Assembly (NCBI GenBank): GCA_963719515.1
Contig: CAVRCJ010000006.1
Coordinates: forward strand, 192,001-256,000
Length of the DNA stretch: 64,000 bases
DNA from: an uncultured cyanobacterium
GTDB taxonomy: Bacteria > Cyanobacteriota > Cyanobacteriia > CAKZMO01
Direction: 5' to 3'
Below, one piece after another: positions 8,270 to 18,296 of this stretch. Position 1 is the first letter of the stretch; every line of letters begins with the position of its first letter. A program made the position numbers and the translations under genes. The notes below the pieces were generated by a model. That model worked only from the letters and a program-made list of their open reading frames with translations. It made no database searches and had not been told where the DNA came from.

Positions 8270-11119
8270 TTGAACACGGACGCTATGACTGCCTTTCCTG
8301 TGCCCAATCCCAACCAGTCCGAGCCCTCTCTGCAGACGCCATCCCTTGATTCGGCGTCAACCGGCGCAGTGATAGCCTCTAGCGCAGACGACGTCGCTGC
8401 CGACGTTGACCGGACTGAGCCTGGCCCTGGCGCTTCTGGGGTCGCCGTGCCTGCAGGTACGGCCTCTGAGTCTCCGCCTAGTACGCCGGTCTCCGGGACC
8501 ACAATCAGCGTTCTCGCACAGCCCGTAGGGGCAGAGTCGCTTACATTTCCCCATACGAGCCAGTCATCCACACCCGCGACCGCGACCTCCCAGCTGCTCG
8601 ACTCCCCCAGCCGCTCGCTGACCATCGCCCGGGGCAGCTTTGAGGCATTTCTAGAGCCGCTCACCACCACCACCTTCAAACAGGTTGTTGAAGACGTCGA
8701 GAAGAAGCTGCTGGTTGTCAACCAAACGCTGACAATGCTCGACTCCCTGCTGGATAGCCAGGATTTCGAAGCTATTCTCAACGAAATGCTGCGCTCTATC
8801 ACGCTGAAGACGGGAGAACTGCTGAATGCCGATCGCACGACAATCTATCTCTTGGACGAAGAGAAAAACGAACTGTGGTCACTGATTGCCAAGGACGATA
8901 ACGGCGGCAATTTAGAGCTGCGGTTTCCGGCGACTCAGGGAATTGCGGGGGAGGTGGCCACCGATAAGCGGGCCATCAACATTGCCTTCGACTTTTACGA
9001 TGATCCCCGCGCGGGATTTGCCAAGCAAACCGACCAGGCCACCGGATATCGGACCTACACCATGCTGGTGATGCCGCTGCTTAATGAGCAGGGCAACCTA
9101 GTGGCGGTAGTGCAGCTGATCAACAAGCTCAAGCAGGACTACGACGCTCACACCTCCCTTGAAGCGCGGGTCAACCCAGAGGGATTCTCCGAGGAGGATA
9201 AAGACCTATTCAACGAATTCTCCCCCTCAATTCGCCTGATTTTAGAGTCGTCGCGCTCTTTCTATAAGGCCGCTCAAAAGCAGCGGGCGGCGTCGGCGCT
9301 GATGAAGGCCACCCAGGCGCTGAGTCAGAGCAGTCTGGACCTGGGCGAAACGCTAGAGCGGGTGATGAACGAGGCCAAAGAGCTAATGCAGGCCGACCGC
9401 AGCACCCTGTGGCTGCTGGACGAAGCGCGCCAGGAGCTGTGGACCCGGATCCCCATCCAGGGCGAGCTACAGGAGTACCGCATTCCCAAAGATGCTGGAT
9501 TTGCGGGCCAGGTGGCAGCGACCGGCGAGCCCGTCATCATCCCTTTTGATCTCTACAGCCATCCCAACGCCGAGAAATCAAAAGAGACCGACCGCCACAG
9601 CGGCTACCGCACCTGCAGCATTCTCTGTATGCCGGTGTTCAACACTGACGGCCTGCTGATTGGCGTGACGCAGCTGATCAACAAGGTGCGTCAGGGGGAT
9701 TATCCTGCCTACAATCCAGCCTACTGGCCTGAAGCCCCCGAACGCTGGAAGGCAAGCTTCAACCGCACGGATCTAGAGTTCATGCAGGCGTTTAACACGC
9801 AGGCGGGCGTCGCCCTGCAGAACGCTAAGCTCTTTGACACGGTGAAGCAGCAGGAGCTGATGCAGCGCGACATTTTGCGATCGCTCTCCAACGGCGTGCT
9901 GTCCACCGATCACGAGGGGCGCATTATTGCCGCCAACGAAAGCGCCCGGGCGCTGCTGCACCTGCCCGACGATGTTGCCCTCGAAGGCCGCCAAATCGAC
10001 ACGCTGATTTCTATTGAGGAGCTGGACTTTTCAGACTGCTTTCGGCGGGCCCTGTCTCCAAAAGACGACGTCGACCGCAGGCAGTACTACCCCGAGCAAA
10101 CCCTGGACGCTAAGCGCGGTGAAGACCACCCCGTTGCCCAGCACAGCGTCCATCTCTCAATCAACTCCATTGCCGATGCTAAAGACGCCACCGACGTCTA
10201 CGGGGCGCTGGTGGTAATGGACGACATCAGCGACGAAAAGCGGCTGAAGAGCACCATGTACCGCTACATGAGCCAAGAGGTGGCGGAGCAGCTGCTCAAC
10301 TCGGGAGAGCTGCGGCTGGGGGGCGATCGCAAAGAGGTATCGGTGCTGTTCTCGGACATCCGCGGCTTTACCACCATTGCCGAAAGCATGGACGCTGAAG
10401 AGCTGGTGATCATGCTCAACGACTACTTCGAGACCATGGTGGACGCCGTCATGGCCTACAAAGGCACCCTAGACAAGTACATCGGCGACGCGATTATGGC
10501 CGTGTTCGGCTCGCCGCTGGCCCTAGAAGACCACGCCTGGCGAGCGCTGCAAACCAGCGTTGAAATGCGTCACCGCCTAGAGGCCTTTAACCAGATTCGG
10601 GGGGGGCGTCAGCAGCAGCCCATCAAAATTGGCATCGGCATCAACTCCGGCAGCGTCATCAGCGGCAACATCGGCTCTAGCAAGCGGATGGAGTTTACGG
10701 CCATTGGTGACGGGGTTAACTTAGGGGCGAGGCTGGAAGGGGCGACGAAGCAGTACGGCTGCGACATCGTGATTAGCGAAAACACCTACCGCCCCTGCGC
10801 CGATCAGGTGTGGGCCCTAGAGCTAGACCGAATTCGGGTCAAAGGCAAAAACGACCCCGTGGCTATCTATCATCTGGTAGCCCTGCGCTCCGAGACGCTT
10901 TCGGGCAAAGAGCAACAGCGTATCGATCTCTACACGACTGGGCGAGAGCACTACCTCAACCGGCAGTTTGCCAAAGCGATGGGTAAGTTTGCCCTGGTTT
11001 TAGAAGAGGTAGACTGTAACGACAAAGCCGCAGCCGAACAGCTCAGGCGCTGTCAGTACTGGCTTGAGCACCCGCCTTCCGACGATTGGGACGGGGTTTG
11101 GTCCCTCACCCAGAAGTAG
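8270..11119 (+). CDS. cyaB: GAF-GAF-PAS class III adenylate cyclase, CyaB type
   Basis: Two GAF domains (ADRTTIYLLD..VVQLINK; ADRSTLWLLD..VTQLINK), PAS, catalytic VLFSDIRGFT/DKYIGDAIMA/IGDGVNLGARLEG and TPR-like tail; start uncertain (TTG 8270 or ATG 8285). Confidence 0.9.
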   Translation: MNTDAMTAFPVPNPNQSEPSLQTPSLDSASTGAVIASSADDVAADVDRTEPGPGASGVAVPAGTASESPPSTPVSGTTISVLAQPVGAESLTFPHTSQSSTPATATSQLLDSPSRSLTIARGSFEAFLEPLTTTTFKQVVEDVEKKLLVVNQTLTMLDSLLDSQDFEAILNEMLRSITLKTGELLNADRTTIYLLDEEKNELWSLIAKDDNGGNLELRFPATQGIAGEVATDKRAINIAFDFYDDPRAGFAKQTDQATGYRTYTMLVMPLLNEQGNLVAVVQLINKLKQDYDAHTSLEARVNPEGFSEEDKDLFNEFSPSIRLILESSRSFYKAAQKQRAASALMKATQALSQSSLDLGETLERVMNEAKELMQADRSTLWLLDEARQELWTRIPIQGELQEYRIPKDAGFAGQVAATGEPVIIPFDLYSHPNAEKSKETDRHSGYRTCSILCMPVFNTDGLLIGVTQLINKVRQGDYPAYNPAYWPEAPERWKASFNRTDLEFMQAFNTQAGVALQNAKLFDTVKQQELMQRDILRSLSNGVLSTDHEGRIIAANESARALLHLPDDVALEGRQIDTLISIEELDFSDCFRRALSPKDDVDRRQYYPEQTLDAKRGEDHPVAQHSVHLSINSIADAKDATDVYGALVVMDDISDEKRLKSTMYRYMSQEVAEQLLNSGELRLGGDRKEVSVLFSDIRGFTTIAESMDAEELVIMLNDYFETMVDAVMAYKGTLDKYIGDAIMAVFGSPLALEDHAWRALQTSVEMRHRLEAFNQIRGGRQQQPIKIGIGINSGSVISGNIGSSKRMEFTAIGDGVNLGARLEGATKQYGCDIVISENTYRPCADQVWALELDRIRVKGKNDPVAIYHLVALRSETLSGKEQQRIDLYTTGREHYLNRQFAKAMGKFALVLEEVDCNDKAAAEQLRRCQYWLEHPPSDDWDGVWSLTQK

Positions 11120-11151
11120 CGCCGTCAGTATTGCCGCTCCGCCATAGAATA

Positions 11152-11184
11152 AGCCCTAGCTCTTGCGAGCTAGGGCTGAGTTTT
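11152..11184 (+). terminator. Intrinsic terminator after cyaB
   Basis: AGCCCTAGCTC-TTGC-GAGCTAGGGCT hairpin followed by GAGTTTT. Confidence 0.65.
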
Positions 11185-11303
11185 CTGTATAGTACGGGCC
11201 TCCCGGGAAGGGAGCGGGTTTATAGAGGGTGCATATAGAGTGAAAATCGGAACGCGGTGCGGTGACTATGGGTCTACTTTATCTCTCAGGAGATGAATCC
11301 TGG

Positions 11304-11457
11304 TTAAATGAACTTCTCAATCGCAGCAAGCTGCGGAGTATCACTTCGCTATGCCTCACACACTTCGTGGCTCGGCTTCGCTCAACAGCGCCCTATCGAG
11401 CGCTGTTCTCTAGACCGCAGCAAGCTGCGGGGTATGTGACCCAGAGAACTAGATCAA
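11304..11457 (+). mobile_element. Non-autonomous IS200/IS605-like palindrome-ended element
   Basis: Two direct copies of hairpin CGCAGCAAGCTGCG(G)RGTAT (11322, 11416), bounded by TTAA on the left and TCAA on the right; no transposase ORF. Confidence 0.55.
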
Positions 11458-11546
11458 GTGTAAAGACTCCATAAAAGGCAAGGCTCCGGCAAAATACCTA
11501 ACTTTCGAGCGATCGCGCCGGTTTCTAGGCAGATACGTCGAAATTG

Positions 11547-11786
11547 CTAGGCAGGGCTGCATTTACCGGCGCGGATTAGCCCCACTCGGCGGGCGATCGC
11601 ATCTGACTCAGAGTCAAAGGGTCCCCACTTGCCTACGGCGTCACCAGCTTCTACAGCGCCACTAGTCTCTACAACAGCGTCAGCCGGATTCCCGGACGCC
11701 TTGCTGGGCCGCTCCGAATCGGGAACAATATGGCACTGTCCCTCTTCCTGCTTAACGATGTACCACTTGGTTTGCTCAGAGGCCAT
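11547..11786 (-). CDS. Conserved small cyanobacterial hypothetical protein downstream of cphA
   Basis: WYIVKQ..GQC...KWGPFDSESDAIARRVGLIRAGKC pattern; ATG at 11786. Confidence 0.75.
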   Translation of the reverse strand: MASEQTKWYIVKQEEGQCHIVPDSERPSKASGNPADAVVETSGAVEAGDAVGKWGPFDSESDAIARRVGLIRAGKCSPA

Positions 11787-11830
11787 AGGGGTTAAATCAG
11801 GCTCAAAACCGGTCACAGAGAAAACAGTCT

Positions 11831-14560
11831 CTAGAGGCTGGCCTGTCTAGCGTATTCATCCGACAGCGAGTCGCTCGGCGCTGACGAGCCGTTTGAGGCG
11901 TCGTCTGATGCCAACAGCTCACCGGGAAGGGCGGCTGCGTCATCGCCTGAGGCCGGCTGACGGGCCTGGATCATCTCAATGACGCAGTCCACCTTTTCAG
12001 GCAAGATCACTACGAGGCTGCCGTCCGACGACGAGTCAAGGGCCGCTTCGATGGCCTCAGATTCTTTCAAGATGACCTCGTAGTTGACCTGAGCCTCTTC
12101 ACTGGAAAGGCCTTCGACAATCAGCTCAGCCGCATTTCCGCGAGGGCGACCTCGGGTGTCCTCGTCCTCTTTGACCCAAATACGGTCAAAGATTTTGGCC
12201 GACAGACTCCCTAAAGTGACAAAGTCCTCGTCGCGGCGATCGCCCGGTCCACCGACAACGCCGACGCAGTCTCCAGGCCAGTTGGCCACGAAGCTACCCA
12301 GCGCCTCGTAGCTAGCAGGGTTGTGGGCGTAGTCAATCAGGACGTGGTAGCGTCCTAGGTCAAACAGGTTCATGCGCCCCGGCGTCTGGTCCGTGGAGGC
12401 CACGAAGGTCTCGAGAGCAGCGCGAATATGATCGATGGTCACGCCCTGGGCAAAAGCGATGAGGCTAGCGGCTAGGGCGTTGGCAATCATGAAGGGGGCT
12501 CGCCCGGCCAGGGTGATCGGCACGTTCTTGGCCTTGTCGATGCGGAGAATCCAGTCCCCTTTAAGGATGGTGAGATAGCCGTTCTCGTAGACGGCGGCGA
12601 GGCCACCCTGCTGGGTATGCGATCGCACCAGCTCGCTGTCGGCCTGCATGGAGAAGTAGGCCACCTGCGCCTTGACTCGCTTCGCCATTGCCGCCACCCG
12701 CTCGTCATCCGCGTTGAGAATGGCGTAGCCGCTGGGGCGGGCCGTCTCTGGAACCACGCTCTTCAGGTGGGCAATGTCGTCAACGGTTTCGATGTCACCG
12801 ATGCCGAGGTGGTCCGCCGCGACGTTGAGCACCGCGCCGATGTCGCACTGCTGGAACCCCAACCCCGAGCGCAAGATTCCGCCTCGGGCCGTTTCTAGGA
12901 CCGCCACCTCTACCGTAGGGTCTTGCAAAATCACTTGGGCGCTTTGAGGGCCGGTGGTATCGCCTTTTTCGAGCAGGCAGTCGTTGACGTAGATACCGTC
13001 GGTGGTGGTGTAGCCAACGATTTTTTGGGTCTGCTTAAAGATGTGGGCCGTCAGGCGAGTTGTCGTGGTTTTACCGTTGGTGCCGGTGATGGAAATGACG
13101 GGGATGCGCCTGGGATTTCCGGGGGGAAACAGCATCTTAACGATGGGTTCCGCTACGTTGCGGGGAATGCCCTCGCTGGGAGCCAAGTGCATCCGCAGAC
13201 CGGGGGCCGCATTCACCTCAACAATAACGCCGTCTACCTCTCGCAGCGGCTTAGAGATATCTTCAGTAACGATGTCGATGCCCGCCACATCTAGCCCAAT
13301 AATGCGGGATACCCGTTCAGCCAGCCAAATATTCTCTGGATGAATCTGGGCCGTCCGATCGATTGCGATCCCGCCGGTGCTGAGGTTGGCCGTTGCCCGC
13401 AGATAGCACACCTCACCGTCATCCAGCACCGTTTCAAGGCCTACGCCCTGGCGATCCAGCAGCTCCCAAGTCGTCCGGTCCACCGTAATTCGAGTCAGCA
13501 CATTGTCGTGGCCTTCTCCCCGACGGGGGTCGCGGTTGGTCTCATTGATCAATTCATCGACGGTCAACCGTCCGTCTCCTACCACATGGGCCGGAATCCG
13601 CTCGGCTACAGCCACCACCTGATGGTTGACCACCAAGACGCGGTGGTCTCGCCCGCGGTAAAACCGCTCTATGATGACGCCGTCTGACACAGCGAGAGCA
13701 GCTTCGAAAGCCGTCTCGGCCAGCTCTCGCGTATTGATGTCAATCGTGATGCCTCGCCCATGGTTGCCGTCCAAGGGCTTGATGACAATGGGATAGCCGC
13801 CGACGTCATCGATTGCCCGCTCTAGCTCGTCTGAGTAATAAATTACGGCTCCGCGAGGCACAGGGACTCCGGACTGCCCCAGCAGACGCTTTGTACTTTC
13901 CTTATCGCTGGCCAGCTCTACGGCCAAGATATTGCTGTTTGCGGTCAGGCTTGCCTGAATTCGCTTTTGGTAGCGGCCGCAGCCCAGCTGAATCATGGCC
14001 CGGGCGTCTAGCTCCATCCAGGGAATGTCTAGCGCTTCAGCTTCCTTGATGATGGCTTCGGTGCTTGGTCCTAGGGCGCACTGCTCTTGAAGCTCGCGGA
14101 GATCCCGCAGGTCTTTCTCCAGCTCCTCTACGGGGTAAGTGCCTGTGTCAACTAGGCTCTGGCACAGGCGAAAGGCGGCGCGCCCCGCGTAGCGTCCCGC
14201 TTGCTCATACTGATACTGAAACACCACCTGGTACGTTCCCTCTGTGGCCGTTTCTCGGGTGCGGCCAAACCCAACGGTCATCCCCGCTAGCGTTTGTAGC
14301 TCCAGCGCAACGTGCTCTAAGATGTGGCCCATCATGGTGCCGTCTGCAACACGCTTCAGAAACCCGCCGCGAGTTCCCGGAGAGCAAAAATGCTCGACCA
14401 AGCTTGGCAGCACCTCAACAAGGCCATTGTAAAATCCTGGGATTTGGTCAGAGGGACGCTCGGCAAGGTCCTCTAGATCAAGACGCAGCAGGATGAGCTT
14501 GTGGTAGCGAACACTCCAATAGTTAGGACCTCGAAGCGTTTGGGTTTTCAAAATCCTCAT
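11831..14560 (-). CDS. cphA: Cyanophycin synthetase
   Basis: MRILKTQTLRGPNYWS, ATP-grasp domain plus Mur-ligase domain (ITGTNGKTTT, DYAHNP). Confidence 0.98.
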   Translation of the reverse strand: MRILKTQTLRGPNYWSVRYHKLILLRLDLEDLAERPSDQIPGFYNGLVEVLPSLVEHFCSPGTRGGFLKRVADGTMMGHILEHVALELQTLAGMTVGFGRTRETATEGTYQVVFQYQYEQAGRYAGRAAFRLCQSLVDTGTYPVEELEKDLRDLRELQEQCALGPSTEAIIKEAEALDIPWMELDARAMIQLGCGRYQKRIQASLTANSNILAVELASDKESTKRLLGQSGVPVPRGAVIYYSDELERAIDDVGGYPIVIKPLDGNHGRGITIDINTRELAETAFEAALAVSDGVIIERFYRGRDHRVLVVNHQVVAVAERIPAHVVGDGRLTVDELINETNRDPRRGEGHDNVLTRITVDRTTWELLDRQGVGLETVLDDGEVCYLRATANLSTGGIAIDRTAQIHPENIWLAERVSRIIGLDVAGIDIVTEDISKPLREVDGVIVEVNAAPGLRMHLAPSEGIPRNVAEPIVKMLFPPGNPRRIPVISITGTNGKTTTTRLTAHIFKQTQKIVGYTTTDGIYVNDCLLEKGDTTGPQSAQVILQDPTVEVAVLETARGGILRSGLGFQQCDIGAVLNVAADHLGIGDIETVDDIAHLKSVVPETARPSGYAILNADDERVAAMAKRVKAQVAYFSMQADSELVRSHTQQGGLAAVYENGYLTILKGDWILRIDKAKNVPITLAGRAPFMIANALAASLIAFAQGVTIDHIRAALETFVASTDQTPGRMNLFDLGRYHVLIDYAHNPASYEALGSFVANWPGDCVGVVGGPGDRRDEDFVTLGSLSAKIFDRIWVKEDEDTRGRPRGNAAELIVEGLSSEEAQVNYEVILKESEAIEAALDSSSDGSLVVILPEKVDCVIEMIQARQPASGDDAAALPGELLASDDASNGSSAPSDSLSDEYARQASL

Positions 14561-14869
14561 GGTATACCAGGCAACTTTGCGTTTAAAGCGGGTTTGATTA
14601 GCTTTTAAGTCTCAACGAGACGCAGACCAGCAAACTGTTCACAGCGAGCGATTTGTGAGGTCTTCGCCCATACGATTCCCAAAATAGTCGAGAGGCCAAG
14701 CCAAAAGCATAAATACAGATGTAGGCCTTTGATGGCTAGAGTACGACATTCTATAAAGATCTTGAGGAAAAGTATACTTGATAGCCGTATCTCTTCCGGA
14801 TGATGAGTTCCGTAAATTAGGCCCGAGGTATAGACCCGATTCATGCATTTCGACCTAGAGGGCGAGTCG

Positions 14870-15715
14870 CTATGTGGGGGGCAAGACCTGACGCTTCAGG
14901 TAGTCGTAGCGATCGCCGTGGCTGAGCACATGCACCCGTAAGTTGTGGATGCTGAGGGGGTCGCTGGTGCCCACGTCGGGGTAGTTGGTGTGGGTGAGCT
15001 GAGAGGGATCGACGACGGTGACGTTACCTTTGCCGACGACCTGAAACACCTGCTCACTGAACAAGGTGCAGGTATCTTCATCAATGCCAATGCCCAAGCG
15101 GTCAGGGTAGGCGGCGATCGCCGACATCAGCCGCGCCATCCGGTTCCGATTGTGAAAATGCTGATCGACGATAACTTGAGGAATAATGTTGAGTCCGTCC
15201 GTCATGTCTACCAGCGAGCGATTGGGGGACTCACCGCTGCCGCCGCCCGCAATCATATGCTCGCCCATGATTGCCGCACCCGCGCTCGTGCCCGCTAGAG
15301 CGATTTCCCCCAGCTGAGCCCGCACTCTCACAGTATCCATCAGCGGCGTGTCGGCCATCAGACCGCACAGCCTCAGCTGATCGCCACCGGTGATAAATAC
15401 CCCTGTGCAGTTCGCCAAAAATTCATGCCACTGCGGATTTTCGCTCTCTCGGCGCTCGCGCACGTCGAAAATTTCGATGGCTTCTGCTTCCATCTCCTCA
15501 AAAATTTTCTGATAGCGCTCGCCGATTGCCGCTGGCTCTCGCGAGGCACAGGGAATGATGGCGATCCTAGCGTCCTTCCCCCCAGCCCGCTCAAAGAAAG
15601 TGCTGAGAATTTGTCGTCCGTGAACCTTGTCTTCTGCGCCACCAATAATGATGACAGTGTGCTGTTTAATCTGAGGCATCCTCGGCTGAACAGATTGGTG
15701 ATCGAGCTGAACCAT
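14870..15715 (-). CDS. cphB: Cyanophycinase
   Basis: IIGGAEDK, GGDQLRL, GTSAGAA, DQHFHNRNRMARL; ATG 15715 preferred; upstream of cphA. Confidence 0.96.
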   Translation of the reverse strand: MVQLDHQSVQPRMPQIKQHTVIIIGGAEDKVHGRQILSTFFERAGGKDARIAIIPCASREPAAIGERYQKIFEEMEAEAIEIFDVRERRESENPQWHEFLANCTGVFITGGDQLRLCGLMADTPLMDTVRVRAQLGEIALAGTSAGAAIMGEHMIAGGGSGESPNRSLVDMTDGLNIIPQVIVDQHFHNRNRMARLMSAIAAYPDRLGIGIDEDTCTLFSEQVFQVVGKGNVTVVDPSQLTHTNYPDVGTSDPLSIHNLRVHVLSHGDRYDYLKRQVLPPT

Positions 15716-15959
15716 AGCATGAGACTGGGGTGAGATTGGCGGTGACTGCAGCGGTTTAGCAGACAAGCGCTCCCTAATCTTTCGGCCTAGTAGTCTAAGA
15801 TAGTAGGCCACAGCGATTAGTTAACCTTGAGTCGACGTGACGCTGCTACATTAGCACTTATCCCACCAGCATCTGCCACTTGCATCTATGACGCCACTAT
15901 TTATCGTGCCAGCATTGTGCAGCGCGCGGCTAGGGGATAGGCCTGTCAGTTAAGCCATC

Positions 15960-15973
15960 GTACCAAAAGATAC
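15960..15973. promoter_or_regulatory. Putative NtcA box upstream of cphBA
   Basis: GTACCAAAAGATAC matches GTA-N8-TAC in the cphB/trmD divergent region. Confidence 0.5.
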
Positions 15974-16043
15974 CCCATCAGATGCCTAATGGGAGCGCTA
16001 ATCGCGCCGTGGTTGATAGTCCCCACATTTCAAACTTGGATTA

Positions 16044-16763
16044 GTGACCGTGCGATTTGACCTCATCACCCTATTTCCAGACTTCTTCGTCTCTCCTCTG
16101 CAGTCTGGCCTGGTGGGCCGTGCCCTAGCGCGAGAAATTGCGACAGTCCACATCACTAACCCCCGAGATTTCACCACCGACAAGCACCACCGCGTCGATG
16201 ATGAACCCTACGGCGGCGGGGTGGGGATGTTGATGAAGCCGGACCCCCTGTTTGCGGCGGTGGAGTCGCTGCCGGCGCTGCCCAAGCGGGAGGTGATTTT
16301 GCTGACGCCCCAGGGGGAGCCGATGCACCAGGCGATGTTCCAGGAGCTGGCCACCTATGACCAGCTGCTGCTGGTGTGCGGCCATTATGAGGGGGTAGAC
16401 GAACGGGTGCGCGACCATCTCGTGACCCGCGAGGTGTCTTTGGGAGACTTTGTGCTCACCTGCGGCGAAATTCCGGCGCTAGCGCTGCTCAACGGCGTCT
16501 TGAGGCTGCGGCCCGGCACGGTGGGCAAGCAGGACTCCCTGAAGTTCGAGAGCTTTGAGACGCCGCTGCTCGACTACCCCCAGTACACCCGCCCCGCGAG
16601 CTTTCGGGGCTGGGGGGTTCCCGAGGTGCTTACCTCTGGCAATCACCAGGCGATCGCTCGGTGGCGGCAGGAGCAGCAATTAGAGCGCACGCGGGAGCGG
16701 CGACCGGATTTGTATGAGCGGTGGCGGATTGAGGAGGCTGAGGGGACCGATCAGAAGGCATAA
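16044..16763 (+). CDS. trmD: tRNA (guanine-N1)-methyltransferase
   Basis: RFDLITLFP, VDDEPYGGGVGM, CGHYEGVDER, SLGDFVLTCGE. Confidence 0.97.
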   Translation: MTVRFDLITLFPDFFVSPLQSGLVGRALAREIATVHITNPRDFTTDKHHRVDDEPYGGGVGMLMKPDPLFAAVESLPALPKREVILLTPQGEPMHQAMFQELATYDQLLLVCGHYEGVDERVRDHLVTREVSLGDFVLTCGEIPALALLNGVLRLRPGTVGKQDSLKFESFETPLLDYPQYTRPASFRGWGVPEVLTSGNHQAIARWRQEQQLERTRERRPDLYERWRIEEAEGTDQKA

Positions 16764-16790
16764 TTTTTGTAGGGATGTGTTTGGCGTTTT

Positions 16791-17325
16791 GGAGGACCCC
16801 CTCTAGCTCCCCCTTGGTAAGGGGGAGAACCATGGCCCCGATAGGTGTTTAGCGTTTCGGAGGACCCCCTCTAGCTTTCCCTTGGTAAGGGGGAGAACCA
16901 TGACCCCGATAGGTGTTTAGCGTTTCGGAGGACCGGGGATGTTTGAAAAGTGGTAGCAGTTCTGCATTACCCCCTCTAGCTCCCCCTTGCTAAGGGGGAG
17001 AACCATGGCCCCGGTAGGTGTTTAGCGTTTCGGAGGACCGGGGATGTTTGAAAAGTGGTAGCAGTTCTGCATTGCCCCCTCTAGCTCCCCCTTGGTAAGG
17101 GGGAGAACCATGGCCCCGATAGGTGTTTAGCGTTTCGGAGGACCCCCTCTAGCTCCCCTACGCCCTGCGGGCAGGCTAACGCCAAAGCTCAAGGGGGAGA
17201 ACCACGATTCCCTGCCTTCGTAAGGGCTACGGTGTACATACAGGTCTGCCCTCCTCTGACTTTCTCACGCCCCTTGGCTTTCGCGCAGCGCGTCCTACGG
17301 ACGCAGGGGGATTAAGGGGGGTAAA
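16791..17325. repeat. Tandem array of hairpin-containing units (68, 68, 105, 105 bp plus a fifth interrupted copy)
   Basis: GGAGGACC at 16791, 16859, 16927, 17032, 17137; core CCCCCTCTAGCTCCCCCTTGGTAAGGGGGAGAACC. Confidence 0.9.
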
Positions 17326-17407
17326 GCCAGGATGTATGGCGATCGCTCCACACTTGATGAAAAGGTACCAGCGCCCTGTCCCCAACCTGTCCCCTACTAA
17401 AGACCCC

Positions 17408-17899
17408 ATGACCTCCATGACCCTAAGAATCGGCAACGGCTACGACATTCACCGCCTCGTGCCCGATCGCCCCCTGATTTTGGGCGGCGTCGAAATTCCC
17501 CACACCCTGGGGCTAGACGGCCACAGCGACGCCGATGCCCTCACCCACGCCATCATGGACGCCATGCTGGGGGCGCTGAGCCTGGGAGATATCGGCCATT
17601 ACTTTCCCCCTAGCGACCCGAAGTGGGCGGGGGCCGACAGTATTGAGCTGCTGCGGCAGGTGAATCGGCTGATTGGCGATGCGGGCTGGCAGGTGGGCAA
17701 TATCGACAGCACCTTGGTGGCGGAGCAGCCGAAGCTGAAGCCTCACATCAAGGCGATGACGGAGCGGCTGGCGGAGGCGCTGGGGTGCGATCGCGCTCAG
17801 GTGAGCGTTAAAGCGACTACGAATGAGCGGCTGGGGCCGACGGGGCGTGAGGAGGGGATTGCGGCCTATGCGGTGGTGCTGCTGACTCAGAGTAAGTGA
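17408..17899 (+). CDS. ispF: 2-C-methyl-D-erythritol 2,4-cyclodiphosphate synthase
   Basis: [31 protein letters not shown]. Confidence 0.97.
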   Translation: MTSMTLRIGNGYDIHRLVPDRPLILGGVEIPHTLGLDGHSDADALTHAIMDAMLGALSLGDIGHYFPPSDPKWAGADSIELLRQVNRLIGDAGWQVGNIDSTLVAEQPKLKPHIKAMTERLAEALGCDRAQVSVKATTNERLGPTGREEGIAAYAVVLLTQSK

Positions 17900-18119
17900 G
17901 AAGGCTGCACTTATGTGTAAGTTTTGGGTTTCCGGAACTGCGGCGGGCGATCGCGCTTTGGCGGACCGAAAATTTGAGCGTTGGTGGGGCTGTGCTGGAG
18001 GGATGGCTGAGGGGGAAGGCTTTGCGGTGTCTGAGCTTGAGCCGCCCAGGGAGAATCGTGAAGAATTTATTATGTTAGAGGAGTTTTCTTGTGGGCGTGT
18101 TAATGTAGGGGGGTCGGAT

Positions 18120-18296
18120 GAACCTTGAAAACCGCATTATTACGTTTACCCGCCTAAAGTCCTTGTTAGATAAGGGTTTCAGCCGCTTTCTGAGGTTTCT
18201 ACTTGCTCGGAGAATGGCCTTATTGACAAGGCGATCGGACCCCCCTGAAAAGTGGGGTTTGGAGGGCGCTCTCTGTAAGGCTTCTAGGAGCCGAGG
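18120..18296 (+). promoter_or_regulatory. Leader of CRISPR array 1
   Basis: Non-coding region before the first repeat; motif GAACCTTGAAAAC (18120-18132) is shared with the array 2 leader; the degenerate repeat is at the far end of the array. Confidence 0.65.

Noticed and set aside
11547..11786. Small ORF as a transposase fragment
   Set aside because: It has no DDE or HUH motif or IS ends, and it looks like a conserved gene co-oriented with cphA.
16791..17200. trmD-ispF repeat as a third CRISPR array
   Set aside because: The sequences between hairpins are near-identical rather than unique spacers.
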